31,302 nt of DNA from Pseudomonadota bacterium (GTDB lineage Bacteria > Bdellovibrionota_B > Oligoflexia > Oligoflexales > CAIYRB01), in contig JANOTL010000183.1 of assembly GCA_031416315.1 (NCBI GenBank), positions 1 through 31,302 of the forward strand, given 5' to 3'. Positions 9,923-23,514 of the stretch are shown in pieces; the stretch's first letter is position 1, and each line of letters starts with the position of its first letter. The notes under the pieces are model-generated. The model saw nothing but the letters and a program-made list of their open reading frames with translations. It ran no database searches and was not told where the DNA came from. The translations under genes and the position numbers were made by a program.

Positions 9923-11383
9923 ATGGAAAAGACTGAAAATTCGACCGCTCACGTCGCGATCTGGAACTCGATCAAGGCCAAGCTCAAGGCCGACCTTCCG
10001 GAGTCGGACTACGAGAAATGGATCGCTCCCCTCCCCGGCAAGTCCGGCGGTCCGCACGAGATCGTCGTCACCTTGCCCAACCTCGTCTTCTATCAAGGGA
10101 TTCACAACGATTTCCTCCCGGAGATCGAGCGATGTAAAGCCGAGCTCGGGCACGAGAACGTCCTGGTCCGCCTCGAGGTCGAGGGCTCGCCGCTCGACGA
10201 CGACCTGGCCGACCTTCTCGCCGAGCAGGGCGAGTCCATGTCCGCGGACACCCCTGAATCTGGTTTGGCGCCCGCCCCCGGCCTGACGCCGCAGGCGAAG
10301 TCGAGCCCCGCGCCGAAGAACGACGAGGGCGGCGGATTCTCGCGCTCGCTCTCGGCCGAAGGCAACCTGAACCGCAATTACACGTTCGACAACTTCGTGC
10401 GCGGCGACTCGAACCAGTTCGCCGTCGCCACCTGCCTTTCCGCCGCGGAAAACCCAGGGAAAGCCTACAATCCGCTGTTTATTTACGGATCGACCGGCCT
10501 CGGTAAAACGCACCTCCTGCATGCCGTCGGCAACCGAGTGCTCGCCTCGAATCCGAACGCGGTCGTGACGTACATCCCGTCCGAACGTTTCATGAACGAG
10601 ATGATCTACTGCATCCGATTCAACAAAACGTTCGAGTTTCGGCAGAAATATCGCAATTGCGACGTGCTCCTCGTCGACGACATCCAGTTCATCTCCGGCA
10701 AACGCGCGACGCAGGAAGAGTTCTTCCATACGTTCAATTCGCTCTATGCCGCGAAGAAGCAGATCGTCATCACCTCCGACCTCTTTCCGAAAGACATCCC
10801 GGAGATCGAGGATCGGCTGCGAAACCGCTTTCAATGGGGCTTAATCGCGGACATCCAGCCGCCGTCGATCGAGCACCGCATCGCGATCCTCCTTTCGAAG
10901 GCGGAAGAGCTCGACATCGACCTGCGCTCCGACGTCGCCGAGTACATCGCCAACCAGTTCAAGCGCAACGTGCGTGAGCTCGAAGGAGCCTTGAAGCGCA
11001 TCAACGCGTTCGCGATGCTTCAGGGCGAGAAGATCTCGATGGACCTAGCGGTCCGGACCTTTCGCGATGTGCTTGGCGAGCCGCCGAAACGCTTGACGAT
11101 CGAGATCGTGCAGAAGACCGTCGCCGAGCACTTCAAGCTCCGCGTCGCCGACATCAAGTCGAAGAAGCGTCAGCGCGCGTTCGCGCTGCCGCGGCAGGTC
11201 GCGATGTATCTCGCGAGGAAGCTGACGACCTCGTCCTTCCCGGAAATCGGCGATAAATTCGGCGGTAAAGACCACACGACGGTGATGCACAACGTGCGCA
11301 AGATCGAGTCGTGCATCACCAAAGATCTCGATCTGAAAGCGCACGTGGAATCGCTCGAGCGGCATCTCGAGCAGCTGCACTAG
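9923..11383 (+). CDS. dnaA: Chromosomal replication initiator DnaA
   Basis: YTFDNFV, YNPLFIYGSTGLGKTHL, LLVDDIQF, TQEEFFHTFN, NVRELEGAL, GGKDHTTV. Confidence 0.99.
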   Translation: MEKTENSTAHVAIWNSIKAKLKADLPESDYEKWIAPLPGKSGGPHEIVVTLPNLVFYQGIHNDFLPEIERCKAELGHENVLVRLEVEGSPLDDDLADLLAEQGESMSADTPESGLAPAPGLTPQAKSSPAPKNDEGGGFSRSLSAEGNLNRNYTFDNFVRGDSNQFAVATCLSAAENPGKAYNPLFIYGSTGLGKTHLLHAVGNRVLASNPNAVVTYIPSERFMNEMIYCIRFNKTFEFRQKYRNCDVLLVDDIQFISGKRATQEEFFHTFNSLYAAKKQIVITSDLFPKDIPEIEDRLRNRFQWGLIADIQPPSIEHRIAILLSKAEELDIDLRSDVAEYIANQFKRNVRELEGALKRINAFAMLQGEKISMDLAVRTFRDVLGEPPKRLTIEIVQKTVAEHFKLRVADIKSKKRQRAFALPRQVAMYLARKLTTSSFPEIGDKFGGKDHTTVMHNVRKIESCITKDLDLKAHVESLERHLEQLH

Positions 11384-11680
11384 AGCCCCCTGCCTGTGGG
11401 AAAGCTGGGGGAACGGGGCGGTGAAACCCGGGGCGAGGCTTGGGGATTGGTGGGGGACAAAAACAGCGGGGGGACTTGTCCCCAATCGAGTCCAGACCGA
11501 GTCCCCCACGAATCCCAGCCCGAACCCACACGGTAAAAACTCAAATCGATTCGTGTAATCGGACCCTTACAGACTTGTCCCCAGCTCAGGCCCAGCATGT
11601 ACTGCTACTTCTTTTGAAAGAAAAAACTCTCTTCCTATCCAAGAAGAAAAGACCGAGCGCACGGAGGTCCCGTCCTTTTT
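11384..11680. other. oriC (dnaA-dnaN intergenic origin with unwinding site)
   Basis: DnaA-box-like 9-mers (TGTGGGAAA 11395, TGGGGGAAC 11406, TGGGGATTG 11441, GGGGGACAA 11452, TTGTCCCCA 11476, GAACCCACA 11522, TTGTCCCCA 11575), GC-rich CAGGCCC, trio-like TAC-TGC-TAC-TTC (11600-11611), A/T-rich tract 11612-11650. Confidence 0.85.
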
Positions 11681-12808
11681 ATGAAGATCACCATCGCCAA
11701 GAATCTCCTCGTGACCGCGACGAACCGCGTCCAGGGAGCGATCACCGAGCGCAGCCTCGCGCAGATCGGACTCAACGCCAAAGACGGACGGCTCCACGTC
11801 TCGGCGACCGATCGCATCCTCGCGGTCTATAGCTCGCTCGTCGCCGAGGTGACTCAATCAGGCACGGTCTTCGTACCGGCTCGTCTCTTCTCGGACGTCG
11901 TGAAGGAATTGCCGGAGGGACCGGTTCACCTGGTTCAGGACGCTTCGTATCTGGTCATCACGGCCGGCGCCGGCGGCGAGTTCGTCATGAAGCTGCCGAT
12001 CGTCGACGACCTCGTCTGGCGCGAGCCCCCGGTCGTCGACTCCGACAACCTCGCCGAGCTCCCCTCGCAGCGCCTGGCGTACATGATCGACCAAGTCCAG
12101 TTCACGGTCGCGCATGACAGTCCGCGTAACTACGGGGCCGTCGGCTTTCTCCACAAGCCCAACAAAGAGACCTGCCGCCTCGTCGGGACCGACGGCTTCA
12201 GACTTTCGTACTGTGAAGTCCAAACGGCGATGCCGGACGGGTTTCTCCATAACGGAGTGTGTCTGTCGAAGCGCGCGCTCAATGAGCTGCAACGCATGTG
12301 TGGCGAGGGTTACGAGACGATCAAGCTGTCGATCTCTGCCGATGAGACGACCCTTGTGTCCGAGGTTCCCGACTACTGCATTTTCGTGCGCCTCTCGGCC
12401 GTCAAGTACCCGAACTACATCGGCGTGCTGCCGAGCAAGAAAATGGCGACAGTGCTCGTCTCGAGGCCCTATCTCCAGAACGTCGCGAAGCGTGTACTCC
12501 TTGCGGCAGACAAGTCTCGGGCTTTGCAGTTGAGCTTTTCGGATTCATCACTTACGTTGAATTCCAAGACGATGGGCAGTTCTGAAAGTCGGGAGACGGT
12601 TGCGCTCGACGACTACCACGGGCCGCGATTCGACATCGCGGTCAACGGTAAATTTCTGACCGACGTCTTCGCGACCACCGAGAGTGAAAGTCTAAGTCTC
12701 CAGTTCAACCAAGAGAGCAACGAGGACCCGATCGTCATCGTGCCCCGCTCGGAGCCATCCGACTGCCGATCGAAACACGTCCTCGTACCCATCAAGCAAA
12801 GCGACTGA
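11681..12808 (+). CDS. dnaN: DNA polymerase III beta sliding clamp (divergent)
   Basis: 375 aa directly after dnaA; SATD, VPARLFSDVVKELP, GTDGFRL, KYPNY, NGKFLTDV, terminal VLVPIK; SD GGAGG. Confidence 0.92.
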   Translation: MKITIAKNLLVTATNRVQGAITERSLAQIGLNAKDGRLHVSATDRILAVYSSLVAEVTQSGTVFVPARLFSDVVKELPEGPVHLVQDASYLVITAGAGGEFVMKLPIVDDLVWREPPVVDSDNLAELPSQRLAYMIDQVQFTVAHDSPRNYGAVGFLHKPNKETCRLVGTDGFRLSYCEVQTAMPDGFLHNGVCLSKRALNELQRMCGEGYETIKLSISADETTLVSEVPDYCIFVRLSAVKYPNYIGVLPSKKMATVLVSRPYLQNVAKRVLLAADKSRALQLSFSDSSLTLNSKTMGSSESRETVALDDYHGPRFDIAVNGKFLTDVFATTESESLSLQFNQESNEDPIVIVPRSEPSDCRSKHVLVPIKQSD

Positions 12809-12834
12809 AAGCGGAACTGAAGCGCGCGGAATAG

Positions 12835-15444
<2,610 letters not shown>

Positions 15445-15464
15445 TCGGTCGAAGGTAGGGACTC

Positions 15465-17918
<2,454 letters not shown>

Positions 17919-17924
17919 GGCGCC

Positions 17925-18221
17925 ATGCCGCTCAAGATCGATCAGGAGCTCGTGCTGCACGTGGCCGGGCTCGCGAACCTCGAGCTCAGCGCGGACGAGA
18001 CGCGCTACTACGAGGCACAGCTCAAAAAGGTACTCGACTACATCGGCATGCTCGATGCGATGCCGGACGAGCTCGGGCCGGCGTGGCGCAGCGACACCCT
18101 GGGTCCGGCGACTCTCGAGCGTCCTGACGCCGAGGTAGCAAGCCTAGACCCCGAGGTCGCGCTCGCCGGCGCCCCGCAAAAGGTCGGCAGCGCGTTTCAG
18201 GTGCCGCGCATCATCGAATAA
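17925..18221 (+). CDS. gatC: Asp/Glu-tRNA amidotransferase subunit C
   Basis: VLHVAGLANLEL, terminal FQVPRIIE, directly upstream of gatA. Confidence 0.93.
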   Translation: MPLKIDQELVLHVAGLANLELSADETRYYEAQLKKVLDYIGMLDAMPDELGPAWRSDTLGPATLERPDAEVASLDPEVALAGAPQKVGSAFQVPRIIE

Positions 18222-18233
18222 AAGGTCCGTCCC

Positions 18234-19709
18234 ATGGCGTCCCCTCAACCGTTCGCGCTCACAGCGTCGGCCATCGCCGCGCAAGTTCGGGCGCAAGACG
18301 CCTCCGCCGTCGAGATCTGCGAGTTCTACGTGAAGCGCACCGCGGCGCACGCGCAGACGCTCAACACGCATCTGTTTTTCGACGCCGATGATGTGAAGGC
18401 CCAAGCGCGAGCGATCGATCAGCGCGTAAGGAGCGGCGAGACGCTACCGCTCGCCGGCGTTCCCGTCGTCGTGAAGGACAACATCTCGACGAAGGGCGTG
18501 CCGACGACGTGCGGCTCGAAAATTCTCGCGGGGTTTCGTCCGCCTTACGATGCGCACGTCGTCGAGCGGCTGCGGGCGGCCGGCGCCGTGATCTTCGCGA
18601 AGGCAAACTGCGACGAGTTCGCGATGGGGAGCTCGAACGAGAACTCGGCTTACGGGGTGGTAAAAAACCCCTGGAATATCAATTGTGTACCTGGCGGGTC
18701 GTCTGGCGGCTCGGCGGCGGCGGTGGCGGCGGACCTGGCTCCGATCGCATTGGGAAGCGACACCGGTGGCTCGATTCGTCAGCCTGCGGCGCTTTGCGGC
18801 GTCGCTGGACTGAAGCCTACATACGGACGCGTGTCTCGCTACGGGCTCGTCGCCTACGGCTCGTCGCTCGATCAGATCGGACCGATGGCCCGGACCGTTC
18901 AGGACATCGCGCTCGTCACGGACGTGATCTCGGGCCACGACGGACGCGATTCGACGTCGTCGAAGTTGGCGGCGACAGAGCTCGCTTCGGCGCTGAAGCC
19001 GGGCGAAAGCGTGCGCGGCTTGAAGATCGGGCTCGTGCGCGAATTTTTCGGCGAGGGCATGGATCAAGCGACGCGCGCCGCGGTGACCGCGGCGATCGAG
19101 ACGTACAAGAGTCTCGGCGCGGTGGTCGAAGAGCTCAGCCTTCCGGCCCTCAAATACAGCATCGCAGCGTACTACATCCTGGCAACGGCCGAGGCGTCGG
19201 CGAACCTCGCGCGTTTCGACGGCGTGCGTTACGGGCATCGCCATCAAGAGCCGGGCATGTCGTTGAAGAGCATGTACCGCAAGTCGCGGAGCGCCGGATT
19301 CGGGCGGGAGGTGAAACAGCGCATCATGCTCGGAACGTTCGCGCTGTCTTCCGGTTATTACGACGCCTACTACGCGAAGGCGAATCGCGCGCGTCAGACA
19401 ATCGCGAACGACTTCGCGCGCGCGTTTCAGCAAGTGGACCTCCTGGTCTCGCCGACGTCGCCGACGGTGGCGTTCAAGATCGGCGAGAAATCGCAGGATC
19501 CGCTGGCGATGTATCTCGCCGACATCTGCACCATCGCCGCCAACCTCGCCGGACTGCCCGGCATCTCGATTCCTTGCGGCGCGGACCCTCAGGGGCTGCC
19601 GATCGGCTTGCAGCTGATGGCGCCGCAATTCGCCGAAGAGAAGCTCTTGAAAGGAGCGTACGCGTATGAGCAAGCCAGCCAGTGGCACCAGCGGCACCCA
19701 AGCCTCTGA
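18234..19709 (+). CDS. gatA: Glu-tRNA(Gln) amidotransferase subunit A
   Basis: VKDN, DEFAMGSS, PGGSSGGSAAAV, GSDTGGSIRQPA, RFDGVRYG, SSGYYDAYY. Confidence 0.98.
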   Translation: MASPQPFALTASAIAAQVRAQDASAVEICEFYVKRTAAHAQTLNTHLFFDADDVKAQARAIDQRVRSGETLPLAGVPVVVKDNISTKGVPTTCGSKILAGFRPPYDAHVVERLRAAGAVIFAKANCDEFAMGSSNENSAYGVVKNPWNINCVPGGSSGGSAAAVAADLAPIALGSDTGGSIRQPAALCGVAGLKPTYGRVSRYGLVAYGSSLDQIGPMARTVQDIALVTDVISGHDGRDSTSSKLAATELASALKPGESVRGLKIGLVREFFGEGMDQATRAAVTAAIETYKSLGAVVEELSLPALKYSIAAYYILATAEASANLARFDGVRYGHRHQEPGMSLKSMYRKSRSAGFGREVKQRIMLGTFALSSGYYDAYYAKANRARQTIANDFARAFQQVDLLVSPTSPTVAFKIGEKSQDPLAMYLADICTIAANLAGLPGISIPCGADPQGLPIGLQLMAPQFAEEKLLKGAYAYEQASQWHQRHPSL

Positions 19710-21153
19710 TTCGGTGCTGGCGCGCTACGAGCCGGTGATCGGGCTCGAGGTGCACTGCCAGCTCAAGACGGCGTCCAAGCTTTTTTGCGGCTGCTCGACG
19801 AAGTTCGGCGCCTTGCCGAATCATCACACGTGTCCGGTTTGTTTAGGCATGCCCGGCGTCCTGCCGGTGCTCAACGCGCAGGTCGTGGACTATGCGGTCC
19901 GGATGGCTTTGGCGATCGGCGCGCAGGTCGCCGAAGTCAGCGTTTTCGCGCGGAAGCAGTACTTTTATCCGGATCTTCCCAAGGGCTATCAGATCACGCA
20001 ATACGACCTCCCCTACTGCTCGGGCGGCGGCGTGCGGCTGTCTTCGGGCAAGTTCGTGAACATGACGCGGATCCACATCGAGGAGGACGCGGGCAAGAAC
20101 GTGCACGCCGACAGCGCGAGCTTCGTCGACCTGAACCGCGCGGGAATTCCCTTGATCGAGATCGTGTCGCAGCCCGAGCTCGCGTCGCCGGACGAGGCGG
20201 CGGATTACCTGAAGCGGTTGCGCTCGCTTGTGCGCGCGTTGGACATCTCCGACGGGAACTTGGAGGAGGGCTCCTTCCGCTGCGACGCGAACGTGTCGAT
20301 CCGTCCGATCGGACAAAAGACGCTCGGCACGCGCTGCGAGATCAAGAACCTGAATTCGTTCCGGAACATCGAGAAGGCGATCGGCTACGAAATCCTTCGG
20401 CAGGCCGACGTTCTCGACAACGGCGGCGCGATCAAGCAGCAGACCTTGCAGTTCGACGCCGGCACGGGTCGGACGAGCGCCATGCGGAGTAAGGAAGATA
20501 GCCACGATTATCGGTACTTCCCGGACCCAGACTTGGGACCGTTGCGCATCTCGAAGGAGCGCGTCGCGGTGATTCGCGCGGCCCTGCCGGAGTTGCCGGA
20601 AGCGATGGCCGAGCGCTTCAAACGCGAGCACGGGCTCAATGACTACGACGCCGCCCTGCTCACCAGCGATCGCGACCTGGCGCACTATTACGAGAAGACC
20701 TTGAAGCTCGTCGGCGCAAAGGTTCAACCGAAGATCGTGGCGAACTGGATCACGAGCGAGTTCCTCCGCGAGGTGAACACGCGCGAATGGAATCTTGCGG
20801 CGCCGCCCCTGACGGCTGAGCACTTGGCGGAATTGCTGCGGCTCATCGGCGACGAGACGATCTCCGGAAAAATCGCGAAAACCGTCTTCGAGACGATGGT
20901 ATCCGAGGGCGGCGCGCCGGCCGAGATCGTGAAGGCGAAGGGGCTCGTGCAGGTGAGCGACACCGGCGCGATCATCGCCGTCATCGACAAGGTGCTCGAC
21001 GCGAGCCCGAAGCAGGTGGCGGACTACCTCGGCGGGGCGGAGAAGCTGATCGGCTTTTTCGTGGGCGCCGTGATGAAGGAATCCGGTGGTAAAATGAACC
21101 CCGGGCTGGTCAACAAAGTGCTGAAGGAGCGCCTCGAGGCGCGGAAGAAGTGA
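19666..21153 (+). CDS. gatB: Asp/Glu-tRNA amidotransferase subunit B
   Basis: IGLEVHCQL, YFYPDLPKGYQITQ, IHIEEDAGK, DLNRAG, RCDAN, EIKNLNS, DYRYFPDPDL; start at ATG 19666 (SD AAGGAG) or GTG 19714. Confidence 0.98.
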   Translation: MSKPASGTSGTQASDSVLARYEPVIGLEVHCQLKTASKLFCGCSTKFGALPNHHTCPVCLGMPGVLPVLNAQVVDYAVRMALAIGAQVAEVSVFARKQYFYPDLPKGYQITQYDLPYCSGGGVRLSSGKFVNMTRIHIEEDAGKNVHADSASFVDLNRAGIPLIEIVSQPELASPDEAADYLKRLRSLVRALDISDGNLEEGSFRCDANVSIRPIGQKTLGTRCEIKNLNSFRNIEKAIGYEILRQADVLDNGGAIKQQTLQFDAGTGRTSAMRSKEDSHDYRYFPDPDLGPLRISKERVAVIRAALPELPEAMAERFKREHGLNDYDAALLTSDRDLAHYYEKTLKLVGAKVQPKIVANWITSEFLREVNTREWNLAAPPLTAEHLAELLRLIGDETISGKIAKTVFETMVSEGGAPAEIVKAKGLVQVSDTGAIIAVIDKVLDASPKQVADYLGGAEKLIGFFVGAVMKESGGKMNPGLVNKVLKERLEARKK

Positions 21154-21204
21154 CGCCTGACGCTGCAAGACGAGATCGTTGCGATCTTTCGCGAGTTCCG
21201 GGAG

Positions 21205-22242
21205 ATGGGGCTCTACACGCACGCCTATGCCGCGATGGGATCTTTGGCCGCGCCCGAGCCGGAGTTTTCGTATGCAGAGCTTCCGGACGGCCGCTCGGTT
21301 TTCGACCTGGCGAGCCTGACGAAAGCCTTGGTCACGACTCCCCTCGTCTTCTCGGCGTTCGAGAAGGGCGCTCTGGAGCGCGAAAGCGGGGGGCCGACGG
21401 TCGGAACCTGGATCGACCGGGAATCGCACCAGAACCTGCCGGAAGCGGTCCTGGGCCTATCGGTTCGCAGTCTGCTCAAGCACGAGTCCGGATTGCCGGC
21501 TTGGCGCAATTTTTGGCTCGAATGGTTAGGGGTCGGGCGCGAGGGCCACTCGCGCGAGATCCGGATCTGTGACGGGATTCGACGGGCTTCTGCGGCCTTG
21601 GATCCGCGGAAGCCTCAGCTTTACAGCGATGTCGGGTTCTTGCTCCTGGGACTGTGCCTCGAGCGCACTGGTGGACTGCCGCTCGTCGATCAGTGGCTAG
21701 GTTTGTGCCGGGATTCGATGGGATTCGATCCCGCGGCGCTCGGTGTGAACTATGCGACGCGATATGAAGGGATCCGCGGCATCGCCGTCCCAACGTCTTT
21801 CTGTGCGCTCCGGCAGCGCCAGCTTTGTGGCGAAGTCCACGACGAGAACTGTGCGAGCCTCGGTGGGGAGACCGCTCATGCGGGGCTCTTTGGAAGTGGG
21901 GAGGCCCTGTGCCGCTACCTGCATGCATTTGCGGGGTCGGCCCTCGGAAAGCGGGTGCTGGCCTCGAACGCCGCGGAACGAAAGATTCCGCCCGGCGAGC
22001 CGCCGCATCAGCCGTGCCTCGGCTGGCGACAAGGTGGGGATCCAGGCGCAGCGGGATTCGGTGATGGAATCGCCATGGGACACCTGGGCTTTACGGGGAC
22101 GGCCTTTTGGGTTTATCCCGAGAGCGGCCAGTACGCCGTCCTGCTCACGAACCGCGTCGCGACGGGCCGGATCAATCCGGCCATAGCCCAAATGCGGCGG
22201 CAAGTGTTCACGAGCTTTGGGCGGCGCCTCCCCGGCCGTTGA
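21205..22242 (+). CDS. Serine hydrolase, beta-lactamase class C/EstB-like family
   Basis: SxxK in FDLASLTK, LLKHESGL, YSD, GEVHDEN, HAGLF, HLGFTGT, VLLTNR; no signal peptide; true start may be further upstream (21157/21163). Confidence 0.88.
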   Translation: MGLYTHAYAAMGSLAAPEPEFSYAELPDGRSVFDLASLTKALVTTPLVFSAFEKGALERESGGPTVGTWIDRESHQNLPEAVLGLSVRSLLKHESGLPAWRNFWLEWLGVGREGHSREIRICDGIRRASAALDPRKPQLYSDVGFLLLGLCLERTGGLPLVDQWLGLCRDSMGFDPAALGVNYATRYEGIRGIAVPTSFCALRQRQLCGEVHDENCASLGGETAHAGLFGSGEALCRYLHAFAGSALGKRVLASNAAERKIPPGEPPHQPCLGWRQGGDPGAAGFGDGIAMGHLGFTGTAFWVYPESGQYAVLLTNRVATGRINPAIAQMRRQVFTSFGRRLPGR

Positions 22243-22260
22243 ACCGACTCGGAGTCACAT

Positions 22261-23370
22261 TTGTACATCGTCATCGGGCGCGGCATTGCCGGGCTCGCGG
22301 CAGCCTGGGAGCTCGCGCGTGCGGGACGGGGCCCGATCACGCTCATTGGTCCTGACGAGGGACGAAACGCTGCCACGACGGCCGCCGTAGGGCTGTCGGC
22401 CGTAAAGGGCTTGGAGGCTGGGCATTCTGCGCTCATGGCCGCCAAGATCGCTGGGCACCAAATGCTTCCCGGTTGGCTAGCAGAACTCGAAGCCGAAAGC
22501 GGGATACGGATTGCACGTCGCTTTGGCGGCACCTTCGGGGGCGCGATCGAGCCGTGGATCAACAGGACGGGATTCGAAGCGATCCATACACGGGTTTTCC
22601 ACAGGGTGCCCCCAACTACCCCCAGGGTCGAAGTCCTTGACCTAGTAGCGCTTCCGCCTGAGCTAAAAAACTTGTCCCGTGTTCTTCCCCAGGTGCAGGG
22701 CGTCTTTCGCTTTCCGCATGATGGCTGGTTCGACCCTCGTGCAACCTTGGTCGCTCTGACTGCGGCACTCCGTACTCGCGCCGTGAGGATTCAGTCGGAT
22801 TCCGTCATCCGAATCGTTCCCCATCCCGATCGCGGGGTCGTCGTTGAGGCGGAACGCGGTTCCATCCGCGGCGATGACGTGATTCTCGCAGCCGGATGGT
22901 GGTCGACACAGATCCTAAATAATTCGGGATGCTACCATGCCGCGCAACGCGCCTTTGCCGGCGAGACCTTAGTCGCCGATGTCGACGACGGGATTCCCGA
23001 GCTCGTCGCGAGCTTTGGTAAGGAGAATCTGATCCGGGTCGAAGGCCAGCTGCTCGGAGGTTCGAATACCTATGAAGTGGCCCCGGATGGACTGCTCGGT
23101 CCGACACCTGAGACTCGTGCGGCCCTAGCGTCCCGCTTCGCTTTTTTGGCACCCGGATTGTCATGGCCTCGGACGCTCTTCGGGGTGCGGGGCCGGGTCC
23201 GAGACCGCCTACCGCTCTTTGGGCCGCTCCTGCTCCCCGGTGGGCAGCGGCAAATCACCCTCATGACCGCTTACTACAAGAATGGCCTGCAGCTGGCCCC
23301 TCATTTTGCTCGCCTTTTCGCCACTTCCGCACCCCTTGTACCGTTTTCTCCAGCCCGCTTTTCCCTCTAA
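22261..23370 (+). CDS. FAD-dependent oxidoreductase, glycine oxidase/D-amino-acid oxidase family
   Basis: Rossmann VIGRGIAGLAAAWEL, DGWFDP, VILAAGWWS, GVRGRVRDRLP, YYKNGLQLAP; TTG start with GGAG 6 nt upstream. Confidence 0.82.
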   Translation: MYIVIGRGIAGLAAAWELARAGRGPITLIGPDEGRNAATTAAVGLSAVKGLEAGHSALMAAKIAGHQMLPGWLAELEAESGIRIARRFGGTFGGAIEPWINRTGFEAIHTRVFHRVPPTTPRVEVLDLVALPPELKNLSRVLPQVQGVFRFPHDGWFDPRATLVALTAALRTRAVRIQSDSVIRIVPHPDRGVVVEAERGSIRGDDVILAAGWWSTQILNNSGCYHAAQRAFAGETLVADVDDGIPELVASFGKENLIRVEGQLLGGSNTYEVAPDGLLGPTPETRAALASRFAFLAPGLSWPRTLFGVRGRVRDRLPLFGPLLLPGGQRQITLMTAYYKNGLQLAPHFARLFATSAPLVPFSPARFSL

Positions 23371-23467
23371 GCTTTTTTGTGCAGATTTTGCCCATTCGGT
23401 TCCGGCACGAATCTGGCTCTTGTACTGGTCAGTCCCCAGGCATCGCCGGGGGAACCGGTGCAGAAGC

Positions 23468-23476
23468 TGTGGATAA
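23468..23476 (-). promoter_or_regulatory. Perfect DnaA box (TTATCCACA)
   Basis: TGTGGATAA on plus strand, intergenic, 38 nt upstream of the ATG at 23515. Confidence 0.65.
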
Positions 23477-23514
23477 GTTGTTGATGTGAGTGTGAATTGA
23501 GCGGGAGTGGAACA

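Noticed and set aside
11337..11352. Extra parS in the end of dnaA (CACGTGGAA)
   Set aside because: Only the core and part of one arm match; explained by coding sequence
21205..22242. Beta-lactamase resistance gene
   Set aside because: No signal peptide; motifs fit the broader esterase/amidase members of the family
19666..23370. gatB, hydrolase and oxidoreductase share one frame separated by single TGA codons, suggesting TGA recoding
   Set aside because: gyrB, gatA, dnaN and kdsD end at TGA at their expected C-termini, Trp uses TGG, and the oxidoreductase has its own SD and TTG; a shared frame is plausible by chance
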